The notes under the pieces are model-generated. The model was given only the letters and a program-made list of their open reading frames with translations. It was not told the DNA's origin and made no database searches. A stretch of DNA of 64,000 nucleotides. Source: Candidatus Sabulitectum silens (GTDB lineage Bacteria > Fermentibacterota > Fermentibacteria > Fermentibacterales > JCC-6). Position 1 is the stretch's first letter. Every line of letters starts with the position of its first letter. The DNA lies in NCBI GenBank assembly GCA_001875255.1, contig MJAN01000003.1, positions 53,186-117,185 of the forward strand, read 5' to 3'. This document shows positions 42,558 to 54,349 of this stretch, in pieces. A program made the translations under genes and the position numbers.

Positions 42558-43971
42558 TACTCCTCTATCACCTCTTCCATCAGTTCTGATATCCTCTTTG
42601 AAGAATAGGGCGTCACGGCGTCGGTTGCCGTGACCGCAGCCCAGGCCTTCCGGGCATTATCCATATCACTTCCGGCGGTTTCGAGAACTTCCTCCGGAGA
42701 GGGGAAGAACCTTGCCACTCCCTCGGCCTGGGCCGCCCGGGCAACCTTCGAGGCAACATATGAGAAAAGCCCGGTCTCATTCATGGAAGGGAGTATCCTT
42801 CCCGGTCCGATTATTCCCCTTACGGCGTAACCGGCGATGGCCCTCGCCGCGGACACCGCCATCCTGTCGGTTATGGAGGTGGCCCCGGTGAGCAGGACCC
42901 CCTTCAGTATTCCCGGAAAGCCAAGGGAATTGTTCACCTGGTTGGGGAAGTCTCCCCTGCCGGTGGCCACGATGGCCGCCCCGGCGTCCAGGGCCTCGGA
43001 GGGATAGATCTCGGGAACCGGGTTGGCGCAGGCGAAAACAATGGCCCCGTCGGCCATTTTCCTGATCCAGGCGGGATGAACCACATCCGGTCCCGGTCTT
43101 GATGCGGCAATGAACACATCGGCTCCCAGGGCGGCTTCCCTTATCCCCTCTATCTTCTCAGGGTTGGTCTTCATGCACAGCTCTCTGTGCCATGACCAGT
43201 CATCCCCCTGGAACTCATCCAGCCTGCCGGAGTGAAGACCACCTCCGGAATTGAAGAGGATCATCTTCTCAGGGTCGGCACCGGCGGTTATCGCCAGTCT
43301 TGCCGCGGTGGAGTTCGAAGCCCCTGCGCCGAAGAAGACCATTCTGACCTCTTCCAGCTTCTTGCCTACTATTTTCAGGGAGTTGAAAAGCCCGGCAAGT
43401 ACAACGCAGGCTGTTCCCTGGGCGTCGTCGTGCCATACCGGCACCGGACAGGAGCTCTGGAGTTCCCGGAGCACCCTGTAGCAGCCGGGCTGGGCGATGT
43501 CCTCCAGGTTTATCGCCCCGAATGAAGGGGCAATGGCGTTCACGGTATTTACGAACCTGTTCATGTCTCCCCGGATGTCCAGGCACAGGGGAACGGCGTC
43601 GAAACCACCCAGGAGTTTCATTATGAGGGCCTTCCCCTCCATCACCGCCATACCCCCCGGGGGGTCACATCGCCGTCGCCCAGTACCCTGGTGGAATCGC
43701 TTACCACAGCCACGGTGCGTCCCCTGCAGGTGTGGGAAAAGGATACCTCGACATTGTCCCTTATGGCCCTGGAAACCGAGGAAACCCCCGGTGTGTACCA
43801 GGCCTCCAGCCAGCCGTGGTCCACCTGGTCCACAAGGGGAATGGTCATCATCTTGCCCCGGTAATGGCCGTGGGCGTCAAGGGAGAGGCGGTAAAGGAAC
43901 TCCGTTGCCGCCTCGTCCCTGGTGTTCTCTGGAAGTCTTTCCCGCAGTTCTGCCAGGCCTGTGAAGGTGTC
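42551..43971 (-). CDS. NAD(P)-dependent malic enzyme (several frameshifts)
   Basis: N-terminal LSLDAHGHYRGK...LEAWYTPGVS...VAVVSDSTRVLGDGD (ORF 43642..43851 plus another frame). Core MEGKALIMKLLGGFDAVP...FFGAGASN...ANPVPEI (ORF 42551..43651). Confidence 0.8.
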
Positions 43972-43974
43972 ATT

Positions 43975-44531
43975 TCAATCCCCCGTGTTCTTTTCATAAA
44001 TGTTCCCGCCATGAAGGTCCCAGGCCACGAATACCGGAAGCCGCTGAACCACCAGCAGGGATACCGCTTCGGGCCCCAGGTGGTCCCAGGCAATTACCCG
44101 CCTTGAAATGATCCGGGTGGCGCAGAGGGCGCCGGCTCCGCCCACCGCCGCCAGGTAAACGGCGCCGTATTCCGCAAGAGCGCCCTGGTGGCCCGGTCCA
44201 TGTCCCCCTTGCCAATGGCGGTCCTCATTCCCATTTCCAGCATTTTTTTCGCGAAGGGCTCCATCCGTGAGGATGTGGTGGGCCCGCATGAGCCGCAGGG
44301 CCTGCCCGGGGGGGCCGGTGATGGGCCCATGTAGAAGACCGGGACCGACGAAAGGTCAAAGGGGGCGATGCCTGACTCGGTGATAAGCTGGTGGGCGGCG
44401 TCCCGGGCGCTGGCCACCACTCCCGAGATCATTATGAGCTCCCCGGCGGCGAGCTCACCCAGACAGGACATGTCCCCGGGAAATGTCAGACTTCGCATGA
44501 GGCCGCTCTGTGGGCATGGCACTCCACGCAC
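43975..44531 (-). CDS. class I fumarate hydratase / Fe-S hydro-lyase beta subunit (frameshift near 44290)
   Basis: ISGVVASARDAAHQL...PVFYMGPSPAPPGRPCGSCGPTTSSRM...AIGKGDM (ORF 44094..44531). Then AVYLAAVGGAGAL...VIAWDHLGPEAV (ORF 43975..44289). Confidence 0.75.
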
Positions 44532-45370
44532 ACCGTTACCGGCAGTGATGCCATGTGGCAGGGCAGTTGGGCAATCCGGACCTCCAGCACAGTGGTTCCG
44601 CCGCCAAAGCCCTGGGGTCCTATTCCCAGGGCGTTAAGCCTGTCCCTCATTCTGTTCTCCAGGACCGCCAGGGCCGGTTCCTGATTCCCGGAGCCCGGCT
44701 CCCTGAAGAGGGCCTTCTTTGCCAGTATGCCGCTTGTTTCAAGTGTTCCCCCTATACCTATGCCCAGGAAGACCGGCGGGCAGGCCCTGGAGGCCCCTGC
44801 TTCAAGGCACCTTTCCGCCAGGCCCATGACCCCCTCTTCCCCGGAAAGGGGCGGAAGCATGGCGGAGCGGGACACATTTTCGCATCCCGCTCCCTTGGCC
44901 ATGATGGATATCTTCAGCCCACTGCCCCGGACATGGTCGATATACAGCACCGCCGGGGAATTGCTCATGGTGTTGGCCCTTCCGGTGAGGGGAGGGAAGA
45001 CCTGGGAGGGGCGAAGATACCATTGCGAACAGGCCCTTCGAACCCCTTCGTCAACGAATTCACTCAGTGGGCCGTTCTCAAGGCACACCAGATTGCCCAG
45101 CTCGATATGGACCACTGCGGTGCCGGTATCCTGGCATATGGGAAGGCCGGTCTCCCCGGCGCAGCGGAAGTTCTCCAGCTCTATGGCCAGGGCTTCCCTG
45201 CCAGGGCCGGGAGGCTCCCCCTCAAGTGCCTGTTCAAGAAGGTTCTTTACACCGGGATCAGGGGTGGTGCACACCTCTTTGTAGAGGTATGCGACCGCTT
45301 CTGCCACAGCTTCGCCCCGGATCATTCTCACTTCGTTGGTCATAGGGGGTAATATGCTGCTTTCGCTCAT
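44486..45370 (-). CDS. class I fumarate hydratase / Fe-S hydro-lyase alpha subunit
   Basis: GLPICQDTGTAVVHIELG...VMGLAERCL...PVFLGIGIGGT, a TtdA/FumA N-terminal catalytic domain with the cluster-ligand Cys in context. Its 3' end overlaps the start of the beta ORF, so the two may be one fused gene. Confidence 0.8.
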   Translation of the reverse strand: MSESSILPPMTNEVRMIRGEAVAEAVAYLYKEVCTTPDPGVKNLLEQALEGEPPGPGREALAIELENFRCAGETGLPICQDTGTAVVHIELGNLVCLENGPLSEFVDEGVRRACSQWYLRPSQVFPPLTGRANTMSNSPAVLYIDHVRGSGLKISIMAKGAGCENVSRSAMLPPLSGEEGVMGLAERCLEAGASRACPPVFLGIGIGGTLETSGILAKKALFREPGSGNQEPALAVLENRMRDRLNALGIGPQGFGGGTTVLEVRIAQLPCHMASLPVTVCVECHAHRAASCEV

Positions 45371-45663
45371 TCCCTGACATGTTCCAGCCCCACGGAGATA
45401 AGTGTTTCCACATGGGAATCAGCCAGGCGGTAATGAACATGCCTGCCTTGCTTCCTTTTATCCACAAGACCGGCGGTCCTCAACAGCCTCAGCTGGTGTG
45501 AAACGGCGGAGACGGATACATCCAGCTGCTCGGCAATGGCGCAAACGCACTCCTCACCCTTGAGAAGGATAAGGAGTATTCGCAGCCTGGTGGGATCCGA
45601 GGCGTTCCTGAAAAGGTCGGCAAGGCTCTGAAGCTCTTTATCGTTCACATACTCCACATTCAC
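45367..45663 (-). CDS. ArsR/SmtB-family metalloregulator
   Basis: ASDPTRLRILLILLKGEECVCAIAEQLDVSVSAVSHQLRLL: winged HTH with the ArsR-type CVC metal site. Confidence 0.85.
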   Translation of the reverse strand: MNVEYVNDKELQSLADLFRNASDPTRLRILLILLKGEECVCAIAEQLDVSVSAVSHQLRLLRTAGLVDKRKQGRHVHYRLADSHVETLISVGLEHVRE

Positions 45664-46693
45664 ACCCCCGGGATCCCTCGCTTTTTCCTGAAGACCTGAG
45701 TTTTTTCAGTATCCCTTTAACTGCAAGTACTATCATACCGGAATAGAGCAGCCCCGCGGCAATCCCCGGCAGAAGCCCCGAACCCTCTGAGTGCCCCTGG
45801 AGGGGCGGAAGCGGCGCCGGTATCTCAAGGCCGTTGAGAAGAAGGCCGGCGAGGAGGCTTATTCCCGTCACCGAAATGATGTAACTGTTGAAGGAGACCT
45901 TACCTAGTGTCTTGCGCACCGCTCCCATGGTGGCGGCGTTGGTAACCGGGCCGGCAAGAAGGAAAACGAGGGCGCTGCCCACGGGAAATCCCGCGTGAAC
46001 CAGAGCGGCGGCCACGGGTATTGAGGATACCGAGCAGACATACAGGGGTATTCCCAGGGCAAGGGCGGCAAGAAGACCAAGGGGACCAGAAAGCAGAGGG
46101 TATCCGGAAAGCTGCCCTGGCTCAACGAAGAGCATTATGAGGACGGACACCCCTATCCCCCCCAGCAGCCAGAGGTATATGTCGGCAAAGAGGGTCTTGA
46201 AGGCGTAGTTCCATATTCTTTTCAGAATGCCCCCTCCTCCCGGAGGACCTCGGCTTCCCCGGGTCGGTAACCGGGTTCCCGCCTTCGATGAGATCCACCG
46301 TGGTTCCGCTTATCACTCCGGAGATGAAGGCGGCGGCAACCTTCACAAGGGCCACCGGCCAGCCGAGCATGGCCCAGGTGGGAAGAATGGAGTCCACACC
46401 GGTCTGGGGGGTACTGGACAGGAAGCTGACCACCGCCCCCCTGCTGGCGCCCTCCTTCCTGAGTGAAAGGGCGGCGGGGAGCACCCCGCATGAGCACAGG
46501 GGGAGTGGAATGCCTATGAGGCTTGCCTTCACGGCGCTTCCGGCACCGGGTTTCCCCATGTGCCTGAAGATCCTGTCCTTCTTGACGAAGACATGAAGCA
46601 GACCGGCGATGAACAGGCCAAGGAAAAGCGAGGGGGCAAGGGCCTGGCCGGTTGACCAGAAGCCCCCGGCAAGCTCTGTGAGAAAGGACATGG
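45638..46693 (-). CDS. DUF318/ArsP-type permease (frameshift near 46130)
   Basis: GIPLPLCSCGVLPAALSLRKEGASRGAVVSFL (CSC motif of PF03773 permeases), then 6+ further TM helices in ORF 45638..46150. Directly downstream of arsR. Confidence 0.7.
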
Positions 46694-46772
46694 AAACCTC
46701 CGCGGTAATTGTTATACTTGAACAACTGTTCAAATATAAGAAAGCGTAAGGTTCAGTGCAACCATTCCAGGT

Positions 46773-47267
46773 TCAGCCCCCGGCCAGCATGCCTTTCAGG
46801 GATAACTCCACCGGCGCAGCCGCCTTCGACAGAGTGTTCAGGAAGGGGTCCTCCTCCGGTGACGGCCTGATGGCACCGTAGTCGTCGATTATTCGAAGGC
46901 CTCTGGTCATGTCCTTTTCCCGGGACCTCCGGGCGCCTTCCCTGATCTGGGCTATGAGGTCAAGGAGTTCCCCGGCCTCCCCGGGGTTCATGGAGCCGGA
47001 CCGGTATATCTCCAGAAGCCGGAATGTCCTGAGGCACTTCCTGTAGGCTGAGATCCCCGCAAGGCGGTCTGTCTCCGTTACGAAGTTCTTTCCCGCTCCC
47101 TCGGGGGTGATCCCGTTGCAGGCCTCCAGCCTCGCCAGCGCGTCGGCCACCCCTTCAAGTACTGAGGGGGTAAAAACGCCGGTTTCCACAGGTGTCTTCA
47201 CCGATCTCGTTCTTTGCCTGTACTTCCAGAGGTTCCTCAGAAGGGAATAGAGGTTTGAATGAAGCAT
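46773..47267 (-). CDS. hypothetical protein (possibly the C-terminal part of the hexapeptide-repeat gene)
   Basis: 164-aa ORF contiguous with 47237..47821. No motif. Confidence 0.3.
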   Translation of the reverse strand: MLHSNLYSLLRNLWKYRQRTRSVKTPVETGVFTPSVLEGVADALARLEACNGITPEGAGKNFVTETDRLAGISAYRKCLRTFRLLEIYRSGSMNPGEAGELLDLIAQIREGARRSREKDMTRGLRIIDDYGAIRPSPEEDPFLNTLSKAAAPVELSLKGMLAGG

Positions 47268-48456
47268 CCAGCCCGGAACAAGCCGGCACCAGCCTCGGGA
47301 ACACCATCCGGTCTGGCCATGGGCAGCGTGATGAGGGAGAAGGGGTATTCCACCCTCTGGGGAAGGGTGGTCATTCCGGTGGCAATAACGGAATAGGGGC
47401 TTCGGCTGAAATCCGAGGGGAACTTCACCGATGTGCCCAGGCCAAAGAAAAACCGGTTCCCGGCCGGATCTCCTGGTCGGGGAGCCTTGAGGTGTGATTG
47501 CTTCCTATGTTGGCTCCGTAGCCTATGTTCCCCCTGCCCCCGGGCCATAGCGCCGCTATGAGAAGGGACTGATGGTGCATTCCGGTGAGTGGGCCCACGA
47601 CCGATGCGGTGATCTCCCCCTGACCCAGAACGCTGTCCGCCCCGAGGAAGGATGATGTGAGCTTGCCGTGCTTCTCCACCAGGGAGCATTCTCCTGCTAT
47701 GGAATCCTGAACCGCGGCCATGGAGTCCGCTGAGGCGTTCCACTGCAGTACGCTGTTCCTTACCAGTGAGCCGTCGCAGGCCGACGAACCGGGGAAGAGC
47801 AGTGAGCCCCTTACGGCGCATGCTCCGTCCACCGACGAATTCTCAAGGAAAACACTGTTCTCTATCACCGGGCAGCACCTGATCAGGGAATTCTTTCCGA
47901 TGGAGCCGAAAAGGCTGTCCTTCATTCCTTCAAGGAGTTCCCTCAGCTCTGGAACATGTTCCCTTCCCGGTGCCGAGGCCAGAAAGGCAGCATCCCCGTG
48001 GGTCATGTTACCGAGGAGGGGGATGGCCCTTTCCCCGGTTTCCAGCCCCCCCTGTATGCTTGCCTGAAGAAAGCCGGGAAAACCCTTCCATTCCACGGAG
48101 CCGCAGTATTCCACCCGGGCACCGGGGAAAAGGGTGTATCCGCTTACAAGGCCGGTGGATACCACCGTGACAGGTCCGATGATACGGCAGTTGGAGAAAA
48201 CCGTTCCGGACAGTTCGCCTCCGGGCAGATGAATGGATACATCCCCGTTGAAGCGGCAGTTCCTTATGAGTTCTAAACCGGTGGAACCGGTGACCTTTAC
48301 GCCCTTCCAGTTCCCGGAGTGGCACCCCCGGGAAACCAGGCCCTTTATCTCCCCTTCAGTGACATCCCTGAGCTCCCGGTGAAAAAGGTTTCCAGCACCG
48401 GGAAAAAGGGCCTTGAAACCAGTGAAGTCATACAATGCGGTTCCTTCTTTCACCAC
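47237..48456 (-). CDS. left-handed beta-helix (hexapeptide-repeat) protein, frameshifted
   Basis: Imperfect hexapeptide units (e.g. RCCPVIENSVFLENSSVDGACAVRGSLLFPGSSACDGSLVRNSVL) typical of LbH-fold proteins across ORF 47425..48456. Confidence 0.5.
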
Positions 48457-49293
48457 GGGTCCAGGCGGCTATGTTCATGAGTGCCTCGGTGGTTCGTCTC
48501 TGGAGGGCCTCGGATGTGTTGTAACCCACATGGGGGGTAATTATCACGCCGGGAATATCCCTGAGGGGGCTGTTACCGGGCAGGGGTTCCGGGGTGGTCA
48601 CATCAAGGGCCGCCCCGCCGAGATGGCCGGAGGACAGCAGCCGCAGCAGGGTTTCCTGGTCCACAAGCCCCCCCCTGGCGGTGTTCACGAGAATTGCTCC
48701 CTTTTTAAGGCTGATAGCCTGTCTTCATTAAGGAAGAACGCTGTTTCCCCGGTAAGGGGAAGGTGAAGGCTGATGATGTCCGATCCCCGGAGGACCTCGT
48801 CCAGTTCAAGGTACTCCCCGGGAAAAGCGGAGCTTCTTGACCTGCTCCAGCCCACCACCCTGCACCCTGCGGTCTTGAAAAGCTCAGCGGTCCGGTTTCC
48901 AATGCTGCCTGTTCCAATGATGCCCACGGTCTTTCCGCATAGTTCAATACCGTGTTCCCGCCTGGGGTCCCTGAGGGACTTAACCGTGAGGGCGAAGGCA
49001 AGTTCGGAAACGCTTCGAGTGGAATAACCGGGCACATTGCTCACCGCCACGGAGAACTCACTGGCGGAGTGGGTATCTATGTGGTCGTATCCGGTGAATG
49101 CAACGGATACGATACCGCCGGTGAGCTTCTTCATCATCTCCCGGTCGACGGAGCGTCTTACTGTGATAAGGGCCCGGTGTCCGTCGGGTTCGTTCCCCCC
49201 CTGTATCTTCCATCCCGGAAGGATACCCGCCGCGGCGGCGATGGTCCTGGCCGGGGATATGCCCGGCTCCTGAAGTATGAGCAGCCTGTTCAA
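48428..49293 (-). CDS. D-isomer-specific 2-hydroxyacid dehydrogenase (frameshift near 48690)
   Basis: NAD-binding GKTVGIIGTGSIGNRTA. Catalytic NTARGGLVD...ALDVTTPEPLP...ITPHVGY. Confidence 0.8.
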
Positions 49294-49294
49294 A

Positions 49295-50706
49295 TCAGAG
49301 ACTTTCCAGAAGATTCACCAGGAAGGCAAGGAAGAGGTCCACCGATTCGATGCGGACCGACTCTCCGGGCACATGCACATCGTTGATGTCCGGCCCGAGG
49401 CTTATCATGTCCAGGTCTCCGGCCCTCTGCCCTATGATGCCGCACTCAAGGCCTGCGTGTATCGCCTCGATGGAGGGCTCCATTCCCAGTATCTCCCTGC
49501 AGGATTCCCCGGCTTTTTCAAGGAGTTCCGATGAGGTGTCCGGGGCCCAGCCGGGATAACCCTTCCCCGGAACACACCTTCCGCCGGCAAGCCTGCCCCC
49601 GGCGGTAATGGAATCGGTAAGGGCGTTCTTGGCGGATTCCAGGGCACTCCTTACACTGAGAAGTATCTCCAGGGAATCTTCCCTCCAGGAGGCGATTGCC
49701 AGGTTGCAGGAGGTTTCCACGAGGTCGTCCACCACTCCGCTCATTTTTCCACGCCATGGGGCAGCGCCAGGAGAAGGTCGATCATTGATGACGAGGAATC
49801 ACCGGTGAGCCTTTTGTCAACACTGCACTCCCTGCACTTCACGGATATGCTTTCCTCGATGCCGGCATACTCCTCGGCGAGATCCTTCCTTATAAGGGAG
49901 CAGAGGGTTCTCGCCCTAACGGGATCGTCAACGGAAGCACCGCCGAGGCCTGTCTTGGTATGGCGTTGTGCTTCGTGCCTCCGGTGAATCTCACCAGCCT
50001 TCCGTTCATGGCTTCCCTGAGCTGATGGCATATCCTCGCGGCAAGTTTGATGGCATTGGCGTTCTCGGAGCCTATCTCCATTCCGGAATGGCCTCCGTTC
50101 AGCCATCCACGGTTATCTCCACACCGGTTCCGGAATACTCCTCGAACCGGCCTTCGAGGGTGATCATCACATCCCTGCCCCCGGCACAGCCGATTATGAG
50201 AACACCGAGCTCCTCGGAATCCAGGTTGATCAGCCTTTCGGCCTGAATCCATTCCGGAGCCATTCCCAGGGCGCCTATCAGCCCCCGCTCCTCGTCCACG
50301 GTGAAGACGCATTCAAGGGGGGGAAGGCCGGGGTACTCTCCGTCAAGAAGCTCCAGCATCACCGCAACGCCTATTCCGTTGTCCGCACCCAGGGTGGTTT
50401 CCCTTGAGATCAGCACTTCCCCTTCGATCTCGGCGTTGATGGGTTGGGTAAGGAAGTCGTGTGTACTGCTGCTGGTCTTCTCCCCCACCATGTCAATATG
50501 GGCCTGGATGGCCACCGGTTCACCCCTGCCCGGTTTCCTTACAAGTACGTTGCCAAGCTGTCGGAGGAGCACTCAAGCTCCCTTTCCCCGGCGAAGTTGA
50601 TAATGTATCTGGACAGTGCCGACTCATTTCCGCTTGTATGGGGGATTCCGCAGATATCCCTGAAAAACCTCCATACCGGTTTATCCTTCAGTTCCCCTGG
50701 AAACAT
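49295..50706 (-). CDS. pepD: Xaa-His dipeptidase (PepD, M20C); at least three frameshifts
   Basis: VWRFFRDICGIPHTSGNESALSRYIINFAGE (N-terminus), AIQAHIDMVGEK (metal ligand His/Asp), GADNGIGVAVMLELL, and C-terminal lid fragments across ORFs 50539..50886, 50099..50572, 49890..50312 and 49295..49744. Confidence 0.75.
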
Positions 50707-50746
50707 CAGAGCTCCTGTTCGAAAGTTTTGAGAAAGTGCCGAAACA

Positions 50747-51391
50747 CTACTTTTCCCGTGTTGAGATCCGGTCCCCCTGAAGGGTTTCTTCCAGGCTGAG
50801 GCCGTTCTTCCTGAATATTTCGGGGTCGGCGGCGAAACAGGCGTTTCCGCTCTCCCTGTCAAACTCCGGATGGAACTGGGTTCCAAAAAGTCTGAGCTCC
50901 ATGTTAACGAAGGCCTGTATCTCGGTGTGGGAGTTGGAAGCGGTTATCACCGAGCCCGGGGGAAGCCTGACCGCTCGGTCGTAGTGGGACTGCCAGACGC
51001 GAAGCATACCCGCCGGGCCGGGAACCGGCCATGACGGAAGGAAATTCACAGGAAGCCAGCCAACCTCCGCCGAGGGGCATTTCCCCACGGCGTCCCTTCC
51101 GCAGAGGGCCATTGCCAGAAGCTGGTGGCCGTAGCAGATGCCCATTTGAGGCACCGAGCCCGTGGATGACCTGATGAACTCCCGGGCTCCTTCCAGAAAG
51201 GGGTGTGAATCGGTGATGGACAACGCCGAACCGGAATGGACCACAGCACTGTAACAGGAGGGGTCCAGGGCCGGGAAAGGGCTTTCCGACCGGATTCTCA
51301 GCACGCATAGAGGCTCTTTGAACCACCTGCCGATGTTGTCGCCGGATCTGCGGTCAACGGAATAGTCAAGGATAAGAACCGGTTTTTCCAT
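50747..51391 (-). CDS. class I glutamine amidotransferase-like protein
   Basis: MGICYGHQLL (nucleophile Cys in a G-x-C-x-G context) and FHPE (catalytic His-Glu). Confidence 0.7.
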   Translation of the reverse strand: MEKPVLILDYSVDRRSGDNIGRWFKEPLCVLRIRSESPFPALDPSCYSAVVHSGSALSITDSHPFLEGAREFIRSSTGSVPQMGICYGHQLLAMALCGRDAVGKCPSAEVGWLPVNFLPSWPVPGPAGMLRVWQSHYDRAVRLPPGSVITASNSHTEIQAFVNMELRLFGTQFHPEFDRESGNACFAADPEIFRKNGLSLEETLQGDRISTREK

Positions 51392-51502
51392 CTGCCACGC
51401 CCCTCTGAAAGGAATTGTTCACCACAACAATAACCAACACCTGAAAACATTTGCAACAAGCATTGTCCGGCAGTATCATTCCTGCAATGCCGAAGGGAGA
51501 AT

Positions 51503-52508
51503 ATGTCACCGGGAATCATTGCCAGGAAGAACCCATTCCCCTACTTCCGACCGGTCAGTCCCGCCAGGAAACTGCTTGTGCGAATGGACACCACCAATTA
51601 CTGCAACCTCAGGTGCTCGATGTGTCCCATGCGTCTTTCCGACGGCGACCGGAACAGAAAATGGCACCACATGGAACAGGAGTCTTCGACAGGATATCCT
51701 CGGAGGTCTTCCCCCTTGCCCGGACCGTTGGCATCTCCTGCGGGGCGGAACCCCTGGCCAACCCCCGTTTCACCCACCATCTGAGAGCCCTGTATGAAAG
51801 CGGTGTTCCCTACCGGGAAATGGTCACCAACGGCACCCTTCTAACCCGGGGGATCATCGATGAACTGCTTGAATACCCCCCACCAGCCTCTTCGTTTCCG
51901 TGGACGGCGCCACCGGGGAGACCCACGGAAGGATCAGGGACGGAGCCGACCTCAGCCACATAGTTAGAATGCTGAGGTTACTGACCCGGCTGAAGGGAAG
52001 GCGGAGGTTCCCCATGATAGGCCTAAGCACCACCCTTCAGCGTGACAACTACCATGAACTGGAGGGGATCGTTTCCCTGGCCGCCGACGTGTCCGCCAGC
52101 TCCTGTGGTGTGGTTCCCCTGGTTCCCTACCAGGGGCTGAACACCATGGACAGAGTGGTTGACATTGATTCACCCGATGTGGCGGAGCACATTCGCAGGG
52201 CCGGGGATAAGGCGGAAAAGCTGGGAATACGCTTCCACCTGTCCCAAAATGTCTCCCGGGGCGGTGCCCCACATCCCTGTCCCTATCTTGAAAGCACCGT
52301 TTACATAGACCCCGACGGCTCAATTTTCCCATGCCCCTACTGGAACACGGAGAACCCCCTGGGCAATGTCATGAAGGGTTTTCGGGGAATATGGCGGGGA
52401 GAAACCTATGAGAGGCTCCGCGCAGGGGAGTTCAAAAAGGAAGACAACTGCCCGGCCTGCCCCGAGATTACCCGTGGAACCAGAGAGGTCATAAAGGGAA
52501 AACAATGA
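51503..52508 (+). CDS. radical SAM enzyme with C-terminal SPASM/twitch domain (frameshifts near 51680 and 51900)
   Basis: VRMDTTNYCNLRCSMCPM (CxxxCxxC). GAEPL glycine-rich SAM motif. C-terminal CPYLESTVYIDPDGSIFPCPYW...GNV...CPACPE, the SPASM-type auxiliary cluster motifs. Confidence 0.75.
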
Positions 52509-53025
52509 TCAGGGGAAGGCGGTAATTCCCATGAATGAGGTTACCTTCCACTGGTCATCCTCGTAGTCGAGAAGGGCCTGCTGGGGGATCTCTGCCCCGC
52601 TTGCGGTTTCAAATATCATTTCAACCGTTGCCCTGCGCCTGTCAACCATTACCGTATCTATCCTGAGTTCATAGGGTATGTATCTGGCGCTGATCATGGG
52701 AAGGGAGAGTGTCTGGGCCAGATAGTCCACCGGATCCCAGTTCCTGGCGGTTTCCAGCTCGATCTGGTAACCGGCGCTGGTAAGCCGTCTGAGGGTGCCT
52801 TCGGGGTCGCTCCTGAGGCTCTGTTTGATGGTGTTCAGCATAGCCTCCACCTGGGCCATGGCTTCAGTGGAGAAAAGTTCTGCCGCCACAGGACCTTCGC
52901 CGCTCTGGAGGGCATCCATGAACTGTTCGACACCGGCCCTTACAAGAGAATCGGTTTCAGCATCTGCCCCGGCTGATGAGCCGGCGAAGAAGGCTAAAAA
53001 TACAAGCAGTACGAGATTTCTCATG
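52509..53025 (-). CDS. secreted hypothetical protein
   Basis: Signal peptide MRNLVLLVFLAFFAGSSAGADA. 170 aa, no motif. Confidence 0.5.
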
Positions 53026-53093
53026 CTTCCCCTCCGTGAGTGTTCTCCACAGCATAATAGAAAAAGCTGGAGCAAGCCGCAAGGGGCACCGGA

Positions 53094-54310
53094 CTAAAGG
53101 TTTTCTCCCCAAATAACCAGCGTGTTCTTCAACCCCTCAAGGGCGATCTCCAACCCCTCCACGGCCACCCATTCCCGTCTGGAATGGAACAGCTCACCCC
53201 CGGTGGGAAGGTTGGCGGTGGGAACCCCCATGAAACTCAGCCTCGAACCGTCGGTGCCTCCCCTGATGGAGCCCTCCACGGATTCCAGACCCAGGCGGCG
53301 AAACCCCTCAAGGGCGTAGTCAAGCAGCCTTCTGTCCTTCCGCAGTATCTCCCCGGGATTGCTGTACTGCTCCTTCATCTCCAGTTCTATACCGGCGCCG
53401 GGAAAAAGTGCCGCCAGACAGTCCCTTATGGCCTCCATCCGCCTCCGGCGCTGAACCATTCCCTCGGTGGTGAAATCCCTGAGGATGGTCTTCACCTCGG
53501 CAAAGCCGGTGGTTCCCCTGACACTCATTGGATAGTCATATCCCTGGAGGCCCCTGCTGTTCTCCGGCATTTCCTCGGAGGGCATCAAGGAGACCAGCTC
53601 CCCGGCTATTCGAACGGCGTTGATCATGCTGCCGGCGGCGCTTCCCGGGTGAACTTCCCTGCCGGTTATTCTCCAGTCCGCCGACCAGGCATTGAAGGTT
53701 TCCGAGGAAACTTCCGTGACCTCACCGCCGTCGACGGTATAGGCGAAGCTTGCTCCGAACCTGTCCACATCGAAGTTGTCCACCCCCTGCCCACTTCCTC
53801 GTCCGGTGTGAAGGCAACGGTTATTCCGGGCCTTCTGACCAGGGGATTTTCCATGAACCATCTGCAGGCCTCCATTATTATCGCCACACCGGCCTTGTCG
53901 TCGGCACCGAGAAGTGTGCTTCCGTCGGAGGTGATAATGGTGCCTCCACGGTAACGGTCCATGTCGGCGCACTCTTCGGGATCTATCACCACGCCTTCCG
54001 AAAGGGTTATGGCCCCTCCGTCCCAGTTCTCGTGAAACACAGGCCTGACATTCTCACCCGGGGCTTCCGGGGATGTGTCCACATGGGCGATGAGACCGAT
54101 GACCTCATCCCCCTCCCCGCCGGGCACCCTTCCGTAGAGAACCCCTTCGGTGGACAGGTGGACGTCCTCCATGCCCATGTCGGCCATTTCCCTCTGGAGG
54201 ATCCTCAACAGGTCGAACTGAATCCCCGAAGAGGGGCTTCCCTTTCCCGAAGGATCCGAGGCGGTGTGAACGGCTGCGTACCTTATGAACCTTTCCACGA
54301 GGGAATTCAT
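53094..54310 (-). CDS. pepT: peptidase T (tripeptide aminopeptidase, M20B); frameshift near 53770
   Basis: MNSLVERFIRYAAVHTAS...GLIAHVDTSPE...LLGADDKAGVA...FTPDEEVG (ORF 53666..54310). C-terminal ...SIRGGTDGS... (ORF 53094..53972). Confidence 0.8.
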
Positions 54311-54349
54311 GGGTTGCTCCTTTCAGGGAATATTGTCCGGATAGTATAA

